Counted from the stretch's first letter, positions 29,555-39,496 are shown. The stretch is 64,000 nt of DNA from a virus (IMGVR_UViG_3300040801_004519:69231-133230), one strand, 5' to 3'. The notes: generated from the letters alone by a model not told the origin. A program made the numbers and translations.

Positions 29555-30073
29555 ATGAATACAACAGAAACTCAATACGTTACCAGCTTTGGCATGTTTT
29601 GCTCTTGCGATTTACCTACTTACAAGAAGATCAAAAGAATTAGACATCTTATCGAAAAAATGAAGTCGAAAAACAATAGATTTAAGTGGTACTGGAGGAA
29701 ACAAGTACAGAATCGAGTTGACTTAGTTCGAGTCAGTGAAGAGAAGGATGGTAAGATTATCAAGACTGAAATCCTCAAGAAACCAGCAGAAGAACCTATT
29801 CTCTTTAGTTCTTTATTTGAGAAGAGAGACCGTTTTGAGGATTTTACAGACTATGAGCGAAAATACTATCCTGGCTGGTACGGATTTGACTTGAATGACG
29901 AAAAGGCCCAATCTCGTTACAAGATTGGATACACAGACTTATATGACGTGTTCATGAAAGATCATTGTAATGCCAAACAACCTGTGAGTTCTCCAGATGA
30001 AGTAAAACCACTTAGCCTGACAAACGAACAAATTGACAAACTTCTTGAAGATGCAGAGAAATATCTTTCCTAA
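29555..30073 (+). CDS. hypothetical protein
   Basis: start at ATG 29555 (GGAGAAACACA ATG). Confidence 0.4.
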   Translation: MNTTETQYVTSFGMFCSCDLPTYKKIKRIRHLIEKMKSKNNRFKWYWRKQVQNRVDLVRVSEEKDGKIIKTEILKKPAEEPILFSSLFEKRDRFEDFTDYERKYYPGWYGFDLNDEKAQSRYKIGYTDLYDVFMKDHCNAKQPVSSPDEVKPLSLTNEQIDKLLEDAEKYLS

Positions 30074-30076
30074 TGC

Positions 30077-30379
30077 GTGGATGTTTTAAGGTCACTATCT
30101 CAGGAACCCGATGAGAATGATATGACTTTTCTCCTTTGGTTCTTGATTTACCTTATTATAGGTACGGTAGTAACTATGTGTTTTGATTACAAGGCTGAAC
30201 AAGATTGGGATAAGTTCAAGGAAGTTCTTAACAATCATTCACCAGGTCGCTATTCAGATCAAGAAATAATTAGGGCGATCAAGACAGCGAACATCATGGC
30301 TGGAGTTTTCTGGCCTATAGTTGTCTTATCTGGGGTTTTGACCCTGTTTTCTAATCCAAAGGACAGAACTCATGGATGA
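30077..30379 (+). CDS. membrane protein
   Basis: two hydrophobic helices (FLLWFLIYLIIGTVVTM; GVFWPIVVLSGVLTLF). Confidence 0.35.
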   Translation: MDVLRSLSQEPDENDMTFLLWFLIYLIIGTVVTMCFDYKAEQDWDKFKEVLNNHSPGRYSDQEIIRAIKTANIMAGVFWPIVVLSGVLTLFSNPKDRTHG

Positions 30380-30602
30380 GAGAATCCTTGCACTTTTTCA
30401 AGAATTTTCTGAACATGCTATTCGGGGCAATTGGGATGATGCGATGCGATCTTATAAGGAGCTTGAGCCTCAGTTAACAACTGAAGAGCGTCAATCCATT
30501 GGCTTTGCAAGATCAGGGGTTCTAGGTGATGAGGGGGTTGAGCTTGCTCTCGCAGCAGTTCTTAAATCTCTTGAAGACCGATCAGCAGAATTCAGAGAAT
30601 AA
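30372..30602 (+). CDS. hypothetical protein
   Basis: 76-aa ORF, ATGGATGAG overlap. Confidence 0.3.
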   Translation: MDERILALFQEFSEHAIRGNWDDAMRSYKELEPQLTTEERQSIGFARSGVLGDEGVELALAAVLKSLEDRSAEFRE

Positions 30603-30922
30603 ATCGTGGAAAGTTAAGCTAATGCTGTTATCATACCCGATGTAAATAGAGTGGCTTGGGTCGGACCTACGCGCGATGTACAATATCGTGAGGAAGTTCG
30701 CGACTCCACTGCTTAATCTGGGAGATCGAAAGATCGTCTGTACCAGAGAGGGAGCAAGCCAAACAGGTCAGAGCCGGTGAGCAGGGCATTGAAGACCGGG
30801 TTGGTGCAGCACTTGATTTTCAAGTGCCATACCTAAGGGTATGAGTTAAATGTAGGTCACATCATAAGAAGCGATTCTATGATGTACAGAATTGCGGCTA
30901 TAGACCCAAACCACTCTATTTT

Positions 30923-32980
30923 ATGAACAACAATAATAACAAAGATGTCGAAGTCAATCAAGAAGCGGAAGAGCGGCGAAAAGAGGAGGCCGCAAAAAAC
31001 ATCGATTTCGATTTGCTAAATGGCGGCTCAGGATTCGAAGAAATCAAAGATTTTGGAGACCGAACCACTGTATTGAAAATCATCAAAGAACGAAGGCAAC
31101 GGCTTGCTTCGGCTTCCCAAAAGCTAAAAGAGAAGTTTGTTGGTCTTGATGATATAATTGACCAAATTATTCGGAACATCGAAGTCTGGTATGTAATGCC
31201 AGAAATTGTAGCTCGCCCGGTGATAGTCAATCTTTGGGGAATGACGGGTGTGGGTAAGACTGACTTAGTGCGAACTCTTGTTAGAGAGTTGAAGCTAGGT
31301 TCAACTTTTCATGAGATTCAGCTTTGTCACAATGGATCATCAAGTGGTGGTTCATCCGCATTGCGTGATGAGCTAGGTAAGTCCAATCTTGATCCTGAAC
31401 ATCCTGGAGTTCTTCTTCTTGACGAGATGCAAAGATTTCGTACCGTTGACAACAACGGTGATGAAATGCATGATTACAAGTTTCAGGACTTATGGGCACT
31501 CTTGAGCGATGGACGTTTTACTGGAGACACTGATAGAGACTCTCTAATCAGATTAATTCTGGAAGACATTTATTGGGATTATGGAGTTGTCAAATATAAG
31601 GACGAGGACGAAGACGACGAAGAAGAAGAGGAAAAGTCTAAGGTTGTATACAAGAACGGTTTTCGAAGAGGATATCAAAGCGCTCGTCTCCTAAAAAGAC
31701 AGCTTAGGCTCAAGGAACCGATTAATGAAATCATGACTTGGGACAACCAGCGTAAGCTTCAGGTTGCTACCGAAAAATTTGCAGATGATTCGACATACGA
31801 AGGACTTGACTATTCCAAGCTTCTAATCTTCATCTCAGGCAACTTGGACGAGGCGTACCAAATGGCTGGCGACTGTGAAGATGCAGATCGTGATGCTGAT
31901 GTTCTGCATGCATTCTCGAAACAGATCAATGTCATCGATATTAAAAGGGCATTAACAAAACGATTTAAGCCAGAACAAATAAGCAGATTCGGAAATACTC
32001 ATGTTATCTACCCTTCACTTGATCGCGGAAGCTATGAACACCTAATTCAGCGATCACTTGATCAGATTTCTTCCAAAATGAGTGAACGTCATGGTTTTAA
32101 TATTTCATTCGATGAAAGCGTAAATGTTTTTGTTTACAGGAATGGGGTTTACCCATCTCAGGGTGTTCGTCCGCTCTTCTCCACCATAGCTTCAAAGATT
32201 GAAAATTCAATCCCACAATTCGTCTTGAAAGGGCTGGAAGAGAATGTCTTGAACTTTTCCATCTTCCACAAGGATGAAAAACTGGTTGCAGTTACAGATT
32301 CGGGCACGACTTTGGACAGCCTCGTTTGCAACGGAGACCTTGACAAGATTAAGGAAGGCCGAGACGACGATTCTCGTTCGATGATTGCTGCCCACGAAGC
32401 TGGCCATGCTGTTCTTTATGCAGTGTACTATGGTTATTCGCCAACCGAAGTAACTGCAAGCCTCTCTGGCTGGAATGGAGGTTATGTTGCCCCTCACAAT
32501 TTTAACCAAGAAACGCCTGAAGTTTTGAAGAACAAGATAAGGGTATATCTTGGCGGACGAGCTTCTGAACAAATCTTTTTTGGTGACGGGGTAGTAACAA
32601 CTGGTGGATGGCATGACATAAGCAGCGCGACATCAATCGCATCCTCGATGGTACGTCGTTACGGAATGGATCACACTACTGCAACCGTTCGGTCTGAAAC
32701 TTGGAACAATGCTTCAGAATCTGTGAACTTAAACAGCGAAAAGGTCAACGAGAGGATTGAAGAGATTGTAAACTCTGCCCAAGGAGAAGCCATTGATCAT
32801 CTTAAGGAACACATTCCTCTTCTAAAAGAAGTCGCTAAAAAGTTGTACCATGATGGCCGTATAGAACCGAAGACATTTGCTGACATTTGCAATAATCATG
32901 GTTTGAGTGTTGTTGTTTCCGAGAATGAAAGTATCTCGGTACAAAAATATTTAAAGAAGTTTGAAGAGTTTGTAGGATAA
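30923..32980 (+). CDS. soluble AAA ATPase fused to FtsH-type (M41) zinc metalloprotease domain
   Basis: Walker A GMTGVGKTDLVRTL, Walker B LLLDEMQ; C-terminal AAHEAGHAV (HExxH), LGGRASEQIFFG and TTGGWHDISSATSIASSMVRRYGMD parallel FtsH HEAGHA / GGRAAE / TTGA..D..AT.IA..MV..YGM; no N-terminal transmembrane segment. Confidence 0.6.
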   Translation: MNNNNNKDVEVNQEAEERRKEEAAKNIDFDLLNGGSGFEEIKDFGDRTTVLKIIKERRQRLASASQKLKEKFVGLDDIIDQIIRNIEVWYVMPEIVARPVIVNLWGMTGVGKTDLVRTLVRELKLGSTFHEIQLCHNGSSSGGSSALRDELGKSNLDPEHPGVLLLDEMQRFRTVDNNGDEMHDYKFQDLWALLSDGRFTGDTDRDSLIRLILEDIYWDYGVVKYKDEDEDDEEEEEKSKVVYKNGFRRGYQSARLLKRQLRLKEPINEIMTWDNQRKLQVATEKFADDSTYEGLDYSKLLIFISGNLDEAYQMAGDCEDADRDADVLHAFSKQINVIDIKRALTKRFKPEQISRFGNTHVIYPSLDRGSYEHLIQRSLDQISSKMSERHGFNISFDESVNVFVYRNGVYPSQGVRPLFSTIASKIENSIPQFVLKGLEENVLNFSIFHKDEKLVAVTDSGTTLDSLVCNGDLDKIKEGRDDDSRSMIAAHEAGHAVLYAVYYGYSPTEVTASLSGWNGGYVAPHNFNQETPEVLKNKIRVYLGGRASEQIFFGDGVVTTGGWHDISSATSIASSMVRRYGMDHTTATVRSETWNNASESVNLNSEKVNERIEEIVNSAQGEAIDHLKEHIPLLKEVAKKLYHDGRIEPKTFADICNNHGLSVVVSENESISVQKYLKKFEEFVG

Positions 32981-32984
32981 CGAA

Positions 32985-33392
32985 ATGGGTTGTACATTCA
33001 TTGATCTAGACGGAACCATCTTTAAGCATGGAACTAACAGCCTTCTTCCAGGTGCCCAAGAACTTCTTGAGTCCATTGAAAATGAAGGCCATGAAATCAT
33101 ATTTACTACACGTCGTGGAGATCGGGAGTTCAAAGATCACCCAGTGTATAATGCAGATTCTGCACGATTAGCAGTACGAGGCCTCAGAGTAGACTATAAA
33201 GAATTGATACTTGATGTAAGCAGTCCCCGTGTCGTTATAAATGATCAGGGTGCAGTTGGCATTAACCATCTTTATAACAACGATTGGTCTACTGAAGATA
33301 TTGAAGCTGCCCTTTATGCACTTGATCATGGCAAGCCAAAAAATAAAAAGGAAGACAATGTTAACTCTATTCAGCCAGAAGAAAGTGATTAA
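32985..33392 (+). CDS. small HAD-like phosphatase
   Basis: MGCTFIDLDGTIF (DxDGT motif I). Confidence 0.45.
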   Translation: MGCTFIDLDGTIFKHGTNSLLPGAQELLESIENEGHEIIFTTRRGDREFKDHPVYNADSARLAVRGLRVDYKELILDVSSPRVVINDQGAVGINHLYNNDWSTEDIEAALYALDHGKPKNKKEDNVNSIQPEESD

Positions 33393-33400
33393 GTATTATA

Positions 33401-33985
33401 ATGTTTAGTAAAATGCAGTCTACCATGGCCGCTGGCCTTGTGCTTCTTGTACCAGTTGTTGTAACTTTGTATACCGTTATCCTTGCATTTAAGATACTTG
33501 ATGGATGGACAGAATGGGTTGGAATCACAACCCCAGGAGTAGGCATTGTTCTTCTGATCCTTTCAATATTCGGGGCTGGTCTTTTTGCAAAGAATTTCAT
33601 TGTGTCTCGATTAGTTCATTTTGGTGGAGGGGTACTTCACAGAATACCAGCCGTTGGATGGGTCTATTCTACTGTCAAAGAGGCTTGCGAAGCTCTATTT
33701 AGTGCAGATGGCAAAAAACTTGGTGAGCCTGTATATGTTCGAATTCCAAATGGTTGGGTTTTAGGATTTAGGACAGGGGAAAGCCCTCGAAGTCTTCCAG
33801 AGAACAGTGATGTTCCAAATCCGATGGGTGCTGAATTTGAGACTGTACTTGTCATGTGGGCATTTAGTGCTGGATCAGGTGTTACTGTCGAAGTTAATAA
33901 GCGTGACATAGTATCTGCAAACATGTCTACTGATCAAGCCCTAAAACATACCCTGACGGCTGGGGTTGTGGGTAATTCGAAATAG
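33401..33985 (+). CDS. membrane protein (DUF502-like)
   Basis: two N-terminal TM helices followed by IPAVGWVYSTVKE resembling the DUF502 conserved block. Confidence 0.35.
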   Translation: MFSKMQSTMAAGLVLLVPVVVTLYTVILAFKILDGWTEWVGITTPGVGIVLLILSIFGAGLFAKNFIVSRLVHFGGGVLHRIPAVGWVYSTVKEACEALFSADGKKLGEPVYVRIPNGWVLGFRTGESPRSLPENSDVPNPMGAEFETVLVMWAFSAGSGVTVEVNKRDIVSANMSTDQALKHTLTAGVVGNSK

Positions 33986-34063
33986 GAAGTTGCTAGTAGA
34001 GGAAACTTCTCGATGTAATTGAATACTGATTGTACAGTCTATTACGTTTACTAGGAGGCAAAC

Positions 34064-34240
34064 ATGGCTGAAATTCTACTTGGCATTCTCATCGGTGTAG
34101 GACTTATCTTCGCATTTATTTACAGGGATAAGGTCAAAGTCTGGGTGCAACAGGCAATTGCGAAGCTTAAGACGCTTCGTAGCGACAAAACTAAAAATGA
34201 TGACAACTCGTATTCAGATCATCAGAACTATAAGTACTAA
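34064..34240 (+). CDS. small single-pass membrane protein (58 aa), not in ORF track
   Basis: TAGGAGG Shine-Dalgarno 7 nt upstream of ATG 34064; MAEILLGILIGVGLIFAFIY TM helix; followed by a terminator. Confidence 0.4.
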   Translation: MAEILLGILIGVGLIFAFIYRDKVKVWVQQAIAKLKTLRSDKTKNDDNSYSDHQNYKY

Positions 34241-34263
34241 GTAACTTATTACGTTTATAATGA

Positions 34264-34292
34264 AGGGGCGATTGCTAAAATCGCCCCTTTTT
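34264..34292 (+). terminator. rho-independent terminator
   Basis: GGGGCGATT-GCTAA-AATCGCCCC hairpin followed by TTTTT. Confidence 0.65.
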
Positions 34293-34345
34293 GCGTAGGA
34301 GGTCACATATTCATATGCGAAGTAGTATATTTGTGGTGACCTCAT

Positions 34346-35002
34346 ATGTACGAGTTGACTAATACAAGAATTCGATCAACAACTCTTAACGTTGAATACG
34401 CCCGTTCTGGAATACCTGTTATAGAACTTTCATATTCTGATTGGTTAAAGTCTCTTCAAGAGCTTGATCGTATGAAGTTTTCGTCTTCAAAAGATTTCAT
34501 GGGAATGTATTACAACAACCCAAATGCCACTAAATTGGGTTTTCCTCGCCGCTTCATCGTGATTAATAAGTCGATGCCCAATTACGAGAAACTTATGGTT
34601 TTCTATCATGAGGTGGGGCATCATTCTTGTGTGAAATGCCGCTGCAAATGTGCGTGGAAGGGCTTCCAACATCGAAAAACAGAATTGCACGCTGAGCTTT
34701 CATGCATATATATAGCAAAATCAAGGGGCTATTCCGAGATGGTACTGGAACTGGTAAAAGAGACTGTTGAAGCCTTAGATTATCACTTCGAATATAATTT
34801 TTGGAATGCTTCTAGGATGCTAAAACATCCGGTTTATCTTGAAGCAGTAAAGTCGGTAGAATACGATTTTAACTTGTGGTTGAAATCTAAATCAAACAGA
34901 AGACTTAAGAGGCTCTACGATCAATGTATGAATGACAGTTCAATAGGTACTTGTCGTTGGAAACCATCAAACTACTTGGTTAAATTCGCGTCTAAAGTAT
35001 AA
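34346..35002 (+). CDS. hypothetical protein with HExxH motif
   Basis: FYHEVGHHSC (HExxH) plus a Cys cluster; 218 aa. Confidence 0.35.
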   Translation: MYELTNTRIRSTTLNVEYARSGIPVIELSYSDWLKSLQELDRMKFSSSKDFMGMYYNNPNATKLGFPRRFIVINKSMPNYEKLMVFYHEVGHHSCVKCRCKCAWKGFQHRKTELHAELSCIYIAKSRGYSEMVLELVKETVEALDYHFEYNFWNASRMLKHPVYLEAVKSVEYDFNLWLKSKSNRRLKRLYDQCMNDSSIGTCRWKPSNYLVKFASKV

Positions 35003-35029
35003 CGTGGATTGCTGCAATTAATTCTATGA

Positions 35030-35473
35030 ATGTCCGATACATCATATATGTTGGAACGCAAAATCAAGATGGCTTCCTCAGACAACTCCCCCACCAATTT
35101 TGAAGAGCTTAAGCAACTTGCTGCTAAAGTTGTGGTAGAGATGTCCAGATCGGAAGATGACTCGATAAATTGGGTTGAAGGTTTGTTCTCCCACCCCGAT
35201 GACCTTGACTTTGTGAAAACTGGATTTTTTGCAATGCAGGATACGTTTCGGAATCTTCTAGGCGCAAAGTACGAATTGCTCTCTCTTGAGGGCAAAATAA
35301 AAGCCGGAGAGGCCGCTGCTGCAATGATGCTTCACTACCTTCAGAGCATCAGGCAAAAGTTTGATGAGGGTAAGTTCGATTTTGAATCAGAATCAGAAAT
35401 GAGTTTTGATGATCCAACTTTTCCTGATTTTTTGGACCCCGATGATCCAGATAATTGGGATTGGGAGGAGTAG
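35030..35473 (+). CDS. acidic protein with D/E/W-rich C-terminus
   Basis: C-terminal FDDPTFPDFLDPDDPDNWDWEE. Confidence 0.35.
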   Translation: MSDTSYMLERKIKMASSDNSPTNFEELKQLAAKVVVEMSRSEDDSINWVEGLFSHPDDLDFVKTGFFAMQDTFRNLLGAKYELLSLEGKIKAGEAAAAMMLHYLQSIRQKFDEGKFDFESESEMSFDDPTFPDFLDPDDPDNWDWEE

Positions 35474-35518
35474 CTCAGTGAATTTCTGGGAGTATACTGG
35501 CGTCCTCGGTGGCAAGCG

Positions 35519-36721
35519 TTGCCACCCGTTCCCATTCAACAGAAGAAAGAAAAGACATTGACGAAGTTTTTTAAAGGTCTTGGTTTCCCCGGAAGCTTGA
35601 TCGTCATCGCCATCCTGCTTATCGGATTCCTCACCGTCGCCTATCTGGCGGTAACCCCCTCTCGGATTAAAGGTAACCAAATTGGAGTCCTTGAGACTTG
35701 GTGGGGCGGTGTCCACGAAGAGCCAAGGGGGCCAGGGATGCACTTCCTATTTCCAGGAATTGCCATGGACCTCAAGTCTTACTCCCTTCAGCCAAGAGTC
35801 TTTGTGATGAACGACATTCCCGGTGATGTCGAAGAATCTAAAGGTCGAGAACTGGATTCATATGAGGTTCAGTCCCGAGAGGGGCAGACGATGAACATCA
35901 GCTTCAGCGTTCGTTGGAAAATCAATCCCGACCAGATCATTCAGTTGCACAAAGAATTCCGCAGTGATGGCATCACGGAGAATGATCTGATTATTGAGGA
36001 AAGATTGATCCGCCCGCAGTCCATGCGGATCATTAAAGATGCTGCAACTAGACGCGAGGCCATCGACGCATACTCTGGAGAAGGCCTTGTCTCACTTCAA
36101 GCAGAAATTCAAAGTGAGCTTTCTTCAAAGGAAGGCGAACTCTACAACAGTGGCATCATTGTTGAGAACTTTGTGATTGAGGGAATCAAGCTTGACCCAG
36201 AGTATATCGGTGAAATCCGCGCTCGCCAAGTTGCAACGCAGAAAGAGCTTCGAGCAAAAGAGGAAGAGCGTGCTGCTCTTGCTGAGGCCCAGAAGGCTAA
36301 TGCCGAAGCACAAGCTGATTACGAGAGGGCCGTTGTTGAAGCCGAGCGAGACAAAGCAGTTGGTATTTTGAGGGCAGAACAAGACCAGCAGAAACAAGTA
36401 TTGGCTGCTGAGGCATTGAAGGAAAAGCTTGTCCTCGAAGCTACTGGTCAAAAAGAGGCAGACCTTCTTAAGGCACAGGGTATTCTGGCTCTTGGTCAAG
36501 CAGAAGCAGAGGCTAAGAAATTACAACTTGAAGCATTCGCAGTTGAAGGAGCAGATGCTTTTGTTCAAGTTGAAGTGGCAAAGGCTATGGCAGAAGCATT
36601 CAAGAATATCGATGGGTATCTGCCCGAAGATATGAAGATCAACTTGCTTAGCCAAAGCTTTATGGATTCTATCAAGTCGATTGTCAACCCACAGGCATCA
36701 AACACAGAAGAGAGTAAGTGA
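35519..36721 (+). CDS. SPFH/band-7 family membrane protein (HflK/HflC/flotillin-like)
   Basis: N-terminal TM (LIVIAILLIGFLTVAYLAV), band-7-like core, then a long Ala/Glu/Lys/Gln-rich coiled-coil tail typical of HflK/C and flotillins. Confidence 0.6.
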   Translation: MPPVPIQQKKEKTLTKFFKGLGFPGSLIVIAILLIGFLTVAYLAVTPSRIKGNQIGVLETWWGGVHEEPRGPGMHFLFPGIAMDLKSYSLQPRVFVMNDIPGDVEESKGRELDSYEVQSREGQTMNISFSVRWKINPDQIIQLHKEFRSDGITENDLIIEERLIRPQSMRIIKDAATRREAIDAYSGEGLVSLQAEIQSELSSKEGELYNSGIIVENFVIEGIKLDPEYIGEIRARQVATQKELRAKEEERAALAEAQKANAEAQADYERAVVEAERDKAVGILRAEQDQQKQVLAAEALKEKLVLEATGQKEADLLKAQGILALGQAEAEAKKLQLEAFAVEGADAFVQVEVAKAMAEAFKNIDGYLPEDMKINLLSQSFMDSIKSIVNPQASNTEESK

Positions 36722-36722
36722 T

Positions 36723-36932
36723 ATGCGTGTAAAAACAGTTACATTTGCTCAACTGCGTAATACTGGTCGATACGAAAATCAGCGAGCCGAGGCGACAATC
36801 GAGGTCAATGAAGGCGAAGATGTTGAAGAAGCATACAAGCTTGCTAAAAAGGTTGTCAGGAAAACGCTGGGTCTCGGGCCAACTCAAGAAGAGTTAGACA
36901 AGGCCAGGGAGGTACTTGAATCTGCTGAATAG
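36723..36932 (+). CDS. hypothetical small protein
   Basis: ATG 2 nt after the SPFH stop. Confidence 0.3.
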   Translation: MRVKTVTFAQLRNTGRYENQRAEATIEVNEGEDVEEAYKLAKKVVRKTLGLGPTQEELDKAREVLESAE

Positions 36933-37061
36933 CTTATAATGTTCCGATAAAGGTATAGAGGGCCAGGAAATAACAAAATGGCCCACGCCAAGGATGGCAT
37001 CCAATTTAGGGCCAGAGAAATCTGGTTCTAAATTCTTAAGAAACCTTTAAAGAGAGGCAAT

Positions 37062-37223
37062 ATGCTTTCGTTCATCTGTATACTTTCACTAGTCCTTAAT
37101 CTCGCCTTAGTAGTTTTACTTATATTGATTGTAAGACCCGTCAAGGGACTTCTTGAGCAACTCACCGAACTGTTCGAGAGAGTGCTCATCGCAACACGAA
37201 CCCCACTTCCACCAAAGGAATAA
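37062..37223 (+). CDS. small hydrophobic peptide (53 aa), not in ORF track
   Basis: AAGAGAGG upstream of ATG 37062; LSLVLNLALVVLLILIV TM segment; stop overlaps the next start (TAACATG). Confidence 0.3.
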   Translation: MLSFICILSLVLNLALVVLLILIVRPVKGLLEQLTELFERVLIATRTPLPPKE

Positions 37224-37224
37224 C

Positions 37225-37851
37225 ATGAAATTTCTTCGCTTCCTGTTCCCGTTCTTTTTCTCTAAAAAGGGCAGCAGCAAGGACCAATGTAAAGACGCAG
37301 ACCTCAATAACAAACACAATGAGGTAAAAAAGCAGTATGTTGCCCCCCAAAGTAAGCCCAAGCCAAGTAAATACGAGGGCACTTTTGACAATAAGAGTAA
37401 TCGCTATGTCAAGAGAAAAAATGGCAGGGTATCAGAAGTATGGTATGACGATGAGTGGACAGCCATTGATCTAATTACTGACGTTATGCTTCTTGAAGCT
37501 CTTGGAGTAATTGACGTTTTTCCTGATAACCAAGAAGACACTGGCTACCATGAAGAACATTCCGATATTCTAGACGGAAACGAGCAGGTGCCAGAGGCTC
37601 CCGAAGTCGTTCAGGAAGAAGAGAAGGCACCAGAAGTACAAGCTGAAGTTTCAGGTGACAAGATGGAAACCTACTTCGAAGCCCCTAAAGAGAATTATCA
37701 AGAGCCACCCCAGGCCCCTGTTTCGGAGCCAGAGCCGGTGCGAACCACCACAACCTATACCGACAGTGGTTACTCTTCGTCTAGCGGAGGCGGATATTCT
37801 TCTGGAGGAGGCGGTTATGACAGTGGTGACTCTGGTGGAGGAGACGATTAA
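37225..37851 (+). CDS. secreted/membrane-anchored protein with Gly/Ser/Tyr-rich low-complexity C-terminus
   Basis: N-terminal hydrophobic signal-like segment; C-terminal SGYSSSSGGGYSSGGGGYDSGDSGGGDD. Confidence 0.4.
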   Translation: MKFLRFLFPFFFSKKGSSKDQCKDADLNNKHNEVKKQYVAPQSKPKPSKYEGTFDNKSNRYVKRKNGRVSEVWYDDEWTAIDLITDVMLLEALGVIDVFPDNQEDTGYHEEHSDILDGNEQVPEAPEVVQEEEKAPEVQAEVSGDKMETYFEAPKENYQEPPQAPVSEPEPVRTTTTYTDSGYSSSSGGGYSSGGGGYDSGDSGGGDD

Positions 37852-37920
37852 TTCTCACTAGGAAAAATTAGAAGAACATCTTCAAAGGAGGACAAGGGCC
37901 AGTGTTCGAATTAGAGAGTT

Positions 37921-38817
37921 ATGAACTCATCTAATTCAAGCACTGGCCCTTCTTCCGCTTCTTCGTCTCAGCCACTTAATTCTGATAGCTCAGAGTCAAG
38001 TAATTTTCCTGAAGAGATACAAGAGCTAGTAGAAATAGCTCAAGAAACACCGTCAAACATCGAGGATGTCAACAATAGTGAAAGTAGTTGCGATGATCCT
38101 GAAGACGTAATTGCTCCCAAAGTGGACTGTGCAGCGCCCAAGCGAGGCCTACTTCTTAGAACTCCTGACATCAGGGACTTCAATTATCGTCCAATACCTA
38201 GGAGAGCCGCATCACATATTCGAAAGAAATTCTGGGCAACAAACTATGCCTTTGATCAAGGTGAAACATCTGCTTGCGTTGGATATTCAGGAGCAGCATT
38301 TTTAGATTCTGCACCAGTAAGGAATAGGATGGAAGATGCTCCCTTTAAGCCTTTTGACCTTTATGTTCTTGCAAAAAGGTTTGATGAATGGCCAGGTGAA
38401 GATTATGAGGGAACCTCGATACGAGGATTGTGTAAGGCGTTGAAGGCTGCTGGCATAATTGCCAAGTACGAGTGGGCTTTTGATACTCGAAGTATTACCA
38501 GATGGCTGCTTACAGATGGTCCAGTTATTGTTGGCACCGTCTGGAGTGATGAAATGTTTGAGACTGACAAAAAGGGGTTCATTCACCCAGGTGTTGGTGC
38601 CTCAAATCCCCATTCTGGTGGTCATGCCTATCTTCTTAAGGGTGTTGATCTTGATAAAAAATGCCCAGATGGAACTAAGGGTGCGTATAAAATACTAAAT
38701 TCTTGGGGTAAGTCTTGGGGTACCAATGGAACAGCATGGATAGCTATTTCAGAATTCGAAGGTCTTCTTCGACTATCTGGAGAGGCAGTACGCATGAGAG
38801 AAAACAAAGTGTTTTAA
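37921..38817 (+). CDS. papain-like cysteine peptidase (C1 family-like)
   Basis: QGETSACVGYSGAAFL (Gln oxyanion and catalytic Cys context), HAYLLKGV (His), NSWGKSWGTNGTAWI (Asn-Ser-Trp-Gly block). Confidence 0.5.
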   Translation: MNSSNSSTGPSSASSSQPLNSDSSESSNFPEEIQELVEIAQETPSNIEDVNNSESSCDDPEDVIAPKVDCAAPKRGLLLRTPDIRDFNYRPIPRRAASHIRKKFWATNYAFDQGETSACVGYSGAAFLDSAPVRNRMEDAPFKPFDLYVLAKRFDEWPGEDYEGTSIRGLCKALKAAGIIAKYEWAFDTRSITRWLLTDGPVIVGTVWSDEMFETDKKGFIHPGVGASNPHSGGHAYLLKGVDLDKKCPDGTKGAYKILNSWGKSWGTNGTAWIAISEFEGLLRLSGEAVRMRENKVF

Positions 38818-38828
38818 CCTATTTCGAT

Positions 38829-39347
38829 ATGCACATTGCATTCTTTAGAGCTAGAAAAGGTAAGCTTGTAGATTGGTTAATCGATCTTTTTACAGGCCTG
38901 AAGGGCTTTAGCCATATGGAGCTTGTGTTTTCTGATGGACAATGTTTCTCTGCTCAAAAAGGGGACAAGGGAACTAGGTATAAAAATGTTGACTTTGATG
39001 CAGCTTCCTGGATCATTATTCCTCTAACCGTAACAGACGAACAAGAAGTTGTTATTCGATCTTTTTGTGATTCTGTATTGGGAAAAGAATACGATATCTG
39101 GGGTGCTTTAGGAGTAATCCTTCCATTCCGAAATCGAAAGGGAAAATGGTTTTGTAGCGAAGTTGTTGTTACCGCATTACAGGAAATAGGGATGTATGAG
39201 GGTATTGATCCAGCAAAAGTTGACCCCAACTGGTTGTGGGAAAAAGCAACTTCTGGTGTTTATCTAAACTCCAGCAGAATACTGCATGAAGATTGCCACT
39301 TTGGAAGTCTGAAGTCACAGGATATTAATGATATCTCTCCAGAGTGA
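38829..39347 (+). CDS. hypothetical protein (possible permuted papain-fold/NlpC-P60-like hydrolase)
   Basis: start at in-frame ATG 38829; His...Cys order (HMELVF ... WFCSEVV) suggests a permuted thiol-hydrolase; weak. Confidence 0.3.
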   Translation: MHIAFFRARKGKLVDWLIDLFTGLKGFSHMELVFSDGQCFSAQKGDKGTRYKNVDFDAASWIIIPLTVTDEQEVVIRSFCDSVLGKEYDIWGALGVILPFRNRKGKWFCSEVVVTALQEIGMYEGIDPAKVDPNWLWEKATSGVYLNSSRILHEDCHFGSLKSQDINDISPE

Positions 39348-39496
39348 CGATATATAGATTAGTTGGGAGATAAAAAACTTCTATATCGCTTGCGGCTTTT
39401 TCTACTTTTTAAAGTAGAGCCGAACGAGGGGGTTGATGTAGATAGTTTCCCATCTAGGCCCTCCTGATGCAGGAGATGGTTCGTCTCAAAACCCCC

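Noticed and set aside
34293-34345. inverted repeat AGGTCAC...GTGACCT flanking the 34346 gene start
   Set aside because: A 7-bp arm with about 35-nt spacing is too weak to call an operator or hairpin. It may simply be part of the 5' UTR.
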